DNA from: a virus
Taxonomy: Duplodnaviria; Caudoviricetes
Virus record (IMG/VR): IMGVR_UViG_3300027563_000011
Span: 1 to 47,590 of that record
Reading direction: 5' to 3' (one strand)
Length of the DNA: 47,590 bases
In this document: positions 40,990 to 47,590 of the stretch, one piece after another
Layout of the letters: each line of letters begins with the position of its first letter
How positions within the stretch are numbered: position 1 is the stretch's first letter
Notes under the pieces: generated by a model
What the model was told of the DNA's origin: nothing
The model's database searches: none
What the model saw: the letters and a program-made list of their open reading frames with translations, nothing else
Translations under genes and position numbers: made by a program

Positions 40990-42252
40990 TTAGACTACGG
41001 GGTTGATCCGTTTGTGACGGATCACGTATCCCAAGTTAGGGAAGATCGGCTTGCTTCCAGAGGCGAAAACCGCCCGGAAAAACCCGATCCCGCCGTCCGG
41101 ATTGTACTGACGATCCGGGATATTCCGCCAAGTGAACTCACCACGATAGGTCTGCGCCGAGAAGTCCATATCGCCAGTAGCGCTGATGGGCTTCGGAACG
41201 AGAGAGGTGAACACATCCGGGTGGAAGATGATCGACTCTTCAAAGTCCGCAGTTTCGTAGTCAGGGTTAATGTCATACTTGACGCCAGTACGAGTGTTCG
41301 CAGTAGTTGCCGCCTTTTTAAAGGGGAACACGCGAGTCCAAGTGTTGCTAGCGTAGGTGAACCGACGGGGGAACGGATCAACCAAGTGATGGAATCCCTT
41401 GTACGTGCGTTGCACGCCCAAAGGTCCAAGCAATTCGTTAGCCCGATCGCTCCAACGGAAGTCATCACGGGTAGCCGTCTGCCCAGATGTTCCATTGGCT
41501 TTGATGAGAGAGTCGCTCACTTCATAGCTGGTAACCAGCAAGAACACGGGAGCGCCGTTCTGGCGTCCGTAAGCGTTAGCTCCACCACCGTCACGAACCA
41601 TGCGCAGATACATCTTATCAAGATGAGTCTGGGCAAGTTCAACAATGTTGCCAGAAGTAACAGTACCGAACAACTCAACATCAGAACCATTAGCCGAAGT
41701 AAGGCCAACTGCTCCGCTTGCATTCGTTGTGGCAACGAATTTGTTTTCAGCCAAGCGAACGTACTCATCGTAGTAACGTTCTTTCCAAGCTTCGCCAGTA
41801 GCTTCCGACAGAATCGCCATAATGTTGGAGAGCTGCTCTTTCCGCTTGAGGGGGAAGCGCAGATCGTTCAACGACATATCGGGCGAATTCAGGGAAGAAG
41901 CTTTCAAGCCGTAAGACCGAAGCCTCTGACCGAATTCAATCGTGTTGCTAGCGCCAGCATTAGAATTAGGACCGCCTTCACCAGCAGCGCCGAGAACACC
42001 GTTCGCAGCGTTTCCAGTAAGAGAGTTCCAAGTCGTTTTGGTACCAGTAAGTTTGCCATCGCCGTCATAGTTATAAGGCAGCGAACGCTCGTAAACGAGT
42101 ACGCTGACCGAATCGCCCATCTCGTCAGGCCACACGTCCTGATTTACGAGCTTGAGCCAAGGGGAGGTGTCGACAGTCTTGCGGTAGATATCAGGTCCAA
42201 TACGACCAGATTCTTTAATCAAGAGCTGCTCAACGCTAAATGTAGTAGCCAT
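40990..42252 (-). CDS. major capsid protein (start revised to ATG 42252)
   Basis: 420 aa, after the scaffold gene, strong GAAAGGA RBS, followed by terminator; biased codon use (open antisense frame). Confidence 0.8.
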   Translation of the reverse strand: MATTFSVEQLLIKESGRIGPDIYRKTVDTSPWLKLVNQDVWPDEMGDSVSVLVYERSLPYNYDGDGKLTGTKTTWNSLTGNAANGVLGAAGEGGPNSNAGASNTIEFGQRLRSYGLKASSLNSPDMSLNDLRFPLKRKEQLSNIMAILSEATGEAWKERYYDEYVRLAENKFVATTNASGAVGLTSANGSDVELFGTVTSGNIVELAQTHLDKMYLRMVRDGGGANAYGRQNGAPVFLLVTSYEVSDSLIKANGTSGQTATRDDFRWSDRANELLGPLGVQRTYKGFHHLVDPFPRRFTYASNTWTRVFPFKKAATTANTRTGVKYDINPDYETADFEESIIFHPDVFTSLVPKPISATGDMDFSAQTYRGEFTWRNIPDRQYNPDGGIGFFRAVFASGSKPIFPNLGYVIRHKRINPVV

Positions 42253-42440
42253 TGTATTAAGTATCCTTTCAAAAAGTGAATGAAGAAACTGTAAGTCCAT
42301 TGCCAAAGGTAATGGCAGTTCCTATGTTTGGTTCCCCCGGCGGCATCCCGGAGCTTTTATTGCCCGAACGCTATTCGTCATCAGCTAACGCGGTGTCGGC
42401 CCGCGGATACGACCATGCCAATTCCTAACAGCTAATGTAA

Positions 42441-42467
42441 ATCGTAAGACAGTTTAGAATCTGTCAA
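42441..42467 (-). promoter_or_regulatory. putative capsid promoter TTGACA-N15-TACGAT
   Basis: Perfect -35 hexamer, -10-like hexamer 15 bp downstream; also a GACAG/CTGTC inverted repeat. Confidence 0.5.
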
Positions 42468-42496
42468 TACCACTTTTAAGAAAAACTTAAATTTTC

Positions 42497-43765
42497 TTAA
42501 AAGCCTTTTTCCAAGGCGTCCAAGAACCCAATGTTTGGGTCAATCTTCTCACTCTTTTCGGGAGCTGAGCCAGACCCAACGCCAGGAGTGGCTTTTCGGT
42601 ATTCAGACAGGTTGCTCTTCAAGCTCGCAAGCTCTTGGTTTGTCTTGGATACATAATCCTTAAACACCTGAACAACCAAAGGTAAAGTCACGGCCTGATA
42701 GGTTAAGGCGGCACGTTGCTTGTGATCTAGAGGCTCAGAATCAAGTCTTTCGGCTTGGCTACGGATATCCTCAATAGTTTTGTTCCACTGATCATTACCC
42801 TCTACCTTCTTAAGAAGAGGCATCTCCTCTTGGAAGTTATTCCAAACTTCACCAAAAGCCTTTTTCGCTTCAACGTCGTACTTAGCTCGATTGGCTTTTT
42901 CAGCCTCTTCTTCTCGTCTGGAGATGGCTTCTAGAGCAGTTTTACTTTCACGAATCATCTCTTCCCGCTTTGCATTGAGTAAAGCCAGATCGTCCACCTT
43001 CGTACGGACGGCCAGGGCGTCTACTGGATCCATATCGCTGGTAAGTTCCTTTAAGATGGTTCTGCGTTTAGCTCCGTCTGGTTCTTGGGCGGCGTCTAAG
43101 ATTGAGTTAGGCCGAAGCTCGTAAACCTTTGCAATATCGGTAATCGTCTGAACTGTCTGTTTGATGGGGTCACCGACAGCCGTCTTGTACTCACGAGTAG
43201 CCTCAACCTTTGTAAGACGAAGCTCTCCCTCGAGCTCATCCCTTTCCTTCTGGAATTGCTCAAGCTTGGCTTGGTATTCGGCAAGTTGGGAGTCAGTTTT
43301 GACATCCCCACCTTTGTCTTCTACGGCTTCGGTACGAGTAGCTACTTTAGCCTCAAAATCCTTAAGCTTAGCTTTCGCCTCACGAAGCTCCTTCGTTAAC
43401 TTTGCAAAAGCTGTTTGGGCTGCTGGGGACTTAACGTCTGGCAACGCTTCCTCGATAGTATTCTCTTCCTGTGTCTTCTGAACTGGTTCTTCAGCTGTTT
43501 TTTCTTCAATCCCAATCTTTCCAAGTTGATCGAGAACGGAAGCGGGTGTCTTGCTCGCAACTTCTGGTTTTGCTTCGGGTGCCTTAACAGCTGGCTCGGG
43601 TGCTTTCTCTTCTGGAGCTGAAACTTTAGCTGGCTGTTCTGCGGTTGCCTCAACTGGTTTTGCTTCCACCAAAGCTGCATCGAGAGCCTCGGAAAGACTC
43701 ATCATCGGAGCAGGAGCTTCGACGGCTTTTACTTCGGTTGGGGCTACAGGAGTTTCAGTAGGCAT
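42497..43765 (-). CDS. capsid scaffolding protein
   Basis: Acidic, Pro/Ala/Glu-rich N-terminus and long coiled coil; between portal and capsid genes. Confidence 0.7.
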   Translation of the reverse strand: MPTETPVAPTEVKAVEAPAPMMSLSEALDAALVEAKPVEATAEQPAKVSAPEEKAPEPAVKAPEAKPEVASKTPASVLDQLGKIGIEEKTAEEPVQKTQEENTIEEALPDVKSPAAQTAFAKLTKELREAKAKLKDFEAKVATRTEAVEDKGGDVKTDSQLAEYQAKLEQFQKERDELEGELRLTKVEATREYKTAVGDPIKQTVQTITDIAKVYELRPNSILDAAQEPDGAKRRTILKELTSDMDPVDALAVRTKVDDLALLNAKREEMIRESKTALEAISRREEEAEKANRAKYDVEAKKAFGEVWNNFQEEMPLLKKVEGNDQWNKTIEDIRSQAERLDSEPLDHKQRAALTYQAVTLPLVVQVFKDYVSKTNQELASLKSNLSEYRKATPGVGSGSAPEKSEKIDPNIGFLDALEKGF

Positions 43766-43770
43766 TTGTT

Positions 43771-44058
43771 TTAGTCCTCTTTCTTAACGTTTTCCCAGGG
43801 TTCTGGGGTTTCTTGTTTCTGCCTCACTATTTCTTTTAAAGCTTCAATGTTACGAAGTGCATCGTAATAACCTTCTCTACGTGCGTTCATCAACGCATTG
43901 TACTGAATAGCATCCACGCCTTGGGGAACTCTTCCCTCGGCTGGCAAAGCAACATCCCTCAAAACATCCAAACCTAGTTTAAGTGTTTGGTTGGTGTCCC
44001 AAAGCGATTTCCATTCTAGTTGAAGATCTTCTCGTTTTGCCCAGTCGTGTATTTTCAT
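43771..44058 (-). CDS. small conserved protein between portal and scaffold
   Basis: ALMNARREGYYDAL motif and position resemble small portal-adjacent podoviral proteins. Confidence 0.65.
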   Translation of the reverse strand: MKIHDWAKREDLQLEWKSLWDTNQTLKLGLDVLRDVALPAEGRVPQGVDAIQYNALMNARREGYYDALRNIEALKEIVRQKQETPEPWENVKKED

Positions 44059-44064
44059 TGTGTC

Positions 44065-44082
44065 TTGACGCTAGAGCGTCAA
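44065..44082. promoter_or_regulatory. TTGACR-N6-YGTCAA palindrome (perfect)
   Basis: TTGACGCT-AG-AGCGTCAA in the 30-bp gap after the portal gene. Confidence 0.65.
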
Positions 44083-44088
44083 TACGTT

Positions 44089-46299
44089 TTAAGCAAGACT
44101 ATTTTGTCGGATCTTCTGAGCGGCTTCGGCGTCGCGAATAGCCATCTTCTGCTGGACGTCGGCCATCTTTAACTTCTGGTCGAGCTGGGATTGTTGAATC
44201 TTAATTTGCGAATCTACCTGCGCCCTTTGGATGGCTAGCTGAGTCTTGGGGTCGACTTGACCTCCCTGCTGTTCCGAAGCTGCTCTTGCTTGAGCTTCTC
44301 TCTTGGCTTGGGCGGCAAGTTGTTTCCCGATGTTCTCAACAGCTTCTCGCATCTGATTAAGAATCTGTTTTGCCATTCCAATTTCTTCTCGCCTCGAAGG
44401 GTCGGAAGCCAATTGCTCAACGTGTGCGGTGCTGTGAGGATATTGAAGTTGCAGATAAGACATCGCCACTTTGGGGTCTACTTGATTTTGCTGGAGAGCT
44501 TGCAAGAAGCGATTTGCGTCTTCCAAGTGTACCTTGGCGTGAACAGCGTGGTTCTCACCAGGAGTTACGCTCATTCCACGGCCACCTTGCATAGCGTCGT
44601 TCTCGAGCTCTGCAATCTTCGCATCGATAGGAACACGCTCGATCTCACCCTTTGGTAGATAACGGTCAACCTGATCGTAGCCCACTCTTGCAGCCACCCG
44701 GTCACGAATAAGGTTCCGCTGACCTACCTCATCAAAGCGTGGCATAATTGCCATGAATTCATTGAAGGCCAACAAACGTGCTCCTGGGCTTCCAGCACCA
44801 ATTGCTCGGATAGCCTGCACTCGATATACCTTCTCAACTGCTTTCCAAGGCACTCCACGTGCTTCAATTCTTTTGCGGAACGCAATAGCTTCTTCTCCAC
44901 CTGGCTCGTCAGAACGATACTTAACTGTGGCCAAGCGTCGGAATTGCTCGGCTAGGAGCTTCTGGAAAGGAATATAATAAAGATTCATCGACTGAGCAGA
45001 CAGAAGGGATTGCTGTGCGAGTTGAGCCTGAACCTCAGTAGCAGTACGGGCATCACCATCTGGCATGACCTGTTTCGGGTTGTAGGTACCAGTATTGTTC
45101 TGCCGTACCACCTCAAGATCCCGAACAATTGGGAGAACATTACCAGCCAGATTCGGCATAGTTTTATCTATGACGTTGATGCCCGGAGGAAGAATTGAGA
45201 GAGGCCCATTGTACATCAAGGAAAGGTTGCTGGCATCCTCACCAGTAGCGGGTTGAATCATCAAAGCAGAAGACAACATTGCCCCGTCAACGATTGCGTT
45301 ACGCATCCGATTGGAGAGCTGAACAAATGGGAAGAGTTTGTACCCAAGACCACGAACGCTATGAAGTAGCCCGTTTGTGCCTACACCATACGAGAACAAT
45401 ACGAAAGCTTCATTGGCGTGTTTGAAGCGGCTGGGCTTCTTAAATAGGAAGTCCTGTGTGTCCCCTGCCCTTGTCCCAATATAGTGAGAAATCGTGCCAT
45501 CAAACTCCTTAACGAAGTAATGGACGCAACGGACAACCTTGGAGCGAGCAAGAGAATAGATAAGGTCGTTGTTCTTTAACTCTTCCTGAAGCGTTTCCCA
45601 ATCCCGACCCGTAGCCCGACCGCTTTCGGTGGACAACATAATCGCTTTTCTTGTCTCCTCAACGTTCCAACCAAGTTCAGCGGCAATCTTAGGGTTTTCA
45701 ATAAACTGATAAAGCTCTCCAACAAGGTAGTGACGTTCGATGGTGGCAATCTCCACCTTGGTGTCGCAAGCGGGAGTGCCACGTGGAACTTTAAAGTCTT
45801 TCAGCCCGCACACGCTCCACTTCCAATTCCGATTATCTTCAAAGTAGGTAACGCCCACACCCTGGGAAACAAACTGGTGAGCCAGCATTTGTTGCTTGTA
45901 GAAAAATTCATCCCAATCCGTAATTGTTCGGTGAAACTCTTCAGAGATAATGCTCTCCCACTCGATGCGTTGCGAGGGTTCGCCTTCTGAGGTTTTGACA
46001 GTTACGAGGCGATCAACGGAGTTGACCAAATCGGAGTAAGCAGACAAAGCAGTTTCAAGCGCTGCCGCGGCCTCACCAAAGTTTAGGTTTGCCCGATACC
46101 CTTGCCCTAAAGATTTGAGTTGTTGTGGAGAGTAAGGAGGTTCGCCGTCCAACATTGCTTGGATCTTTTGGCGGTCAATAGCCGAAGAGTCGTCGGCCAA
46201 GCGAATCGTCGTATAGATCGCATGCGCGCTCTTGGCGTCCTTAATTCTAGTCCTGGGAGCTTTCCCGGACTCGGAAATGTTCTCGAGTTCGATAGACAC
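44089..46299 (-). CDS. portal protein
   Basis: 736 aa directly after terminase; RTATEV motif, Gln-rich C-terminal barrel-like tail. Confidence 0.85.
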   Translation of the reverse strand: MSIELENISESGKAPRTRIKDAKSAHAIYTTIRLADDSSAIDRQKIQAMLDGEPPYSPQQLKSLGQGYRANLNFGEAAAALETALSAYSDLVNSVDRLVTVKTSEGEPSQRIEWESIISEEFHRTITDWDEFFYKQQMLAHQFVSQGVGVTYFEDNRNWKWSVCGLKDFKVPRGTPACDTKVEIATIERHYLVGELYQFIENPKIAAELGWNVEETRKAIMLSTESGRATGRDWETLQEELKNNDLIYSLARSKVVRCVHYFVKEFDGTISHYIGTRAGDTQDFLFKKPSRFKHANEAFVLFSYGVGTNGLLHSVRGLGYKLFPFVQLSNRMRNAIVDGAMLSSALMIQPATGEDASNLSLMYNGPLSILPPGINVIDKTMPNLAGNVLPIVRDLEVVRQNNTGTYNPKQVMPDGDARTATEVQAQLAQQSLLSAQSMNLYYIPFQKLLAEQFRRLATVKYRSDEPGGEEAIAFRKRIEARGVPWKAVEKVYRVQAIRAIGAGSPGARLLAFNEFMAIMPRFDEVGQRNLIRDRVAARVGYDQVDRYLPKGEIERVPIDAKIAELENDAMQGGRGMSVTPGENHAVHAKVHLEDANRFLQALQQNQVDPKVAMSYLQLQYPHSTAHVEQLASDPSRREEIGMAKQILNQMREAVENIGKQLAAQAKREAQARAASEQQGGQVDPKTQLAIQRAQVDSQIKIQQSQLDQKLKMADVQQKMAIRDAEAAQKIRQNSLA

Positions 46300-46309
46300 G
46301 TGTACCGCT

Positions 46310-46336
46310 AGTCTAACATTGACGAAAATTCGTCAA
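46310..46336 (-). promoter_or_regulatory. palindrome TTGACGAA-AA-TTCGTCAA (46319-46336) and TTGACG-N15-TAGACT promoter-like element
   Basis: Located between terminase and portal genes. Confidence 0.65.
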
Positions 46337-46343
46337 GATATGA

Positions 46344-47588
46344 TTAGGAATTAAGCAGTTGGCGATCTTGATATGAACTTACATCCAACTTCTTTGCGGT
46401 TTTAAGCCAGCCTTCTCCTCGATTCATAACAAGCTTCCCACCAGCGTAGGCATTTAATCTCTGACGGCAGATGTCCAGCAGAAGAAATGCTGCGTCTGCC
46501 AAGTCAGGAGATTTACCCATTCTAGCTTTCATATCCTTTTTAGGTTCTACCACCAACTTTCCACCAGACACGGTGCTATATTTTCTAGCCGTCAACTCCC
46601 TAGCTAAATCTGGCGTGATCCCCTTCAACTGACCCGACCTAAGAAACTCCACCCCTACATACCAAAGTTCAGTAACTCGGTTTGTAAACTTCTCATTGGC
46701 CTTAACTGGCGAAACCCCGCTGGTGGGCATTGTTGTGGGTTTCTCACCAAACTTGACCCGAAAGACTCTGGGTGACCACATTTCGCTTAGGATGTCACAA
46801 AACGGGTCTCCAGCGCCTGTAGCGTCGATCGCTAGGTGTTCAGGCTTAACCCCCTCCTTCTCGCATATTTCACGCACTTGGCGGGCAATCTGAAAGTTCC
46901 TAGGCTCATTGGCTTTGGTCGAGTCTTCCCTGAGAAGGTGGGGTTTACCAAAGGCTACAGCGGGCACCCCTGCATTTGTCTTACCATAAGATCCAATATA
47001 AAGGACGCTTCGATCTCCGCCGTTTGTGAAGGCTGGATCAAAACCAGCGACTTTGGTTGGAGGCCCATCCCAAATAGGAGTGCTCTCCCCTTCGTACCTT
47101 CGAATATCGGCTTCTGAATAAATGTTTTGTTCTGCACCAATGGGTGAAGGGAAAGACCGAATGAATCGCCAATAGGACAAGGAGTTCTCTCCTTGATACT
47201 CCCGAGCCTCACGAAGTTGCTTGGTTGTGAGTAGGAATGGCCACTCGTCGTCTGAGTCGATATTGGGTGTTCGCTCACCGTCGAGATGGATGCATTTGCC
47301 TCGGGTAGTGTCCCACTCGTCCATCTCAGCGTTGACACTATTCCAGGTATTGACGGGCGTTATGAACTGGCCAAAGGGGTCGTATGCAGAGGCGAAGTTC
47401 CCAAGAGCGATACATTGGAAATAAGGGTTGGAGTCGAGGTTATGAACGGCCTCGAAGATGGCAGGCGATACGTCCGTGGCCTCGTCCACTAGCAAGAACA
47501 CTCTTTTGTTCTTTAATCCGATCAGCTTCTCGGTTGCTTCCTTCTCTTTATCCTTGGCCGAAGGGATAAGCGTAATAGAAGACCGATC
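46344..47588 (-). CDS. terL: terminase large subunit (5' part outside window)
   Basis: Frame open to window edge; Walker B LLVDEA, coupling motif LGN, nuclease GFDPA...GGD, IDATGAG, SPDLADA. Confidence 0.9.
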   Translation of the reverse strand, partial: DRSSITLIPSAKDKEKEATEKLIGLKNKRVFLLVDEATDVSPAIFEAVHNLDSNPYFQCIALGNFASAYDPFGQFITPVNTWNSVNAEMDEWDTTRGKCIHLDGERTPNIDSDDEWPFLLTTKQLREAREYQGENSLSYWRFIRSFPSPIGAEQNIYSEADIRRYEGESTPIWDGPPTKVAGFDPAFTNGGDRSVLYIGSYGKTNAGVPAVAFGKPHLLREDSTKANEPRNFQIARQVREICEKEGVKPEHLAIDATGAGDPFCDILSEMWSPRVFRVKFGEKPTTMPTSGVSPVKANEKFTNRVTELWYVGVEFLRSGQLKGITPDLARELTARKYSTVSGGKLVVEPKKDMKARMGKSPDLADAAFLLLDICRQRLNAYAGGKLVMNRGEGWLKTAKKLDVSSYQDRQLLNS

Positions 47589-47590
47589 AC

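Noticed and set aside
41014-42279. 421-aa + strand ORF antisense to the major capsid gene
   Set aside because: Codon-register mirror of a highly biased gene; no RBS or recognisable motifs
1-47590. tRNA/rRNA genes, integrase, att sites, alternative genetic code
   Set aside because: No cloverleaf or rRNA-like sequence seen in the few gaps; no integrase in the window; genes read through intact with the standard code and use all three stop codons

Overview
This is a 47.6-kb segment of a tailed dsDNA phage with podovirus-like gene order; the lipoprotein spanin points to a diderm (Gram-negative-type) host. Bases 1-4975 (+ strand) hold small early/accessory genes: an HTH protein, a GP88-like protein, and a long C5 DNA methyltransferase. 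That methyltransferase has about 9 TRD-like repeats and a nested alternate-frame ORF resembling an M.EcoHK31I-type beta subunit. Bases 4972-6444 are a junction of alternating-strand small genes. Bases 6379-47590 (- strand) are the morphogenesis operon, in order: terminase large subunit (truncated by the window), portal, scaffold, major capsid, lysis cassette (holin-like proteins, u-spanin-like lipoprotein, signal-peptide CHAP endolysin), PD-(D/E)XK endonuclease, tail nozzle, three tail-collar paralogs, duplicated adaptor, tail fibres including a 2822-aa LamG/SPRY mosaic, ejection proteins and a 3583-aa polyvalent virion protein. The three most notable observations are: (1) the giant protein appears to carry a sigma-factor-like region 2/4 module together with HExxH peptidase, HipA/PI3K-like kinase and ADP-ribosyltransferase domains; (2) a TTGACR-N6-YGTCAA palindrome recurs in most intergenic gaps of the late operon, and three late-operon TTGACR hexamers are followed by a -10-like box at an unusual 15-bp spacing; (3) the methyltransferase locus is dual-coding. 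All family assignments come from motif recognition by eye; no searches were run.
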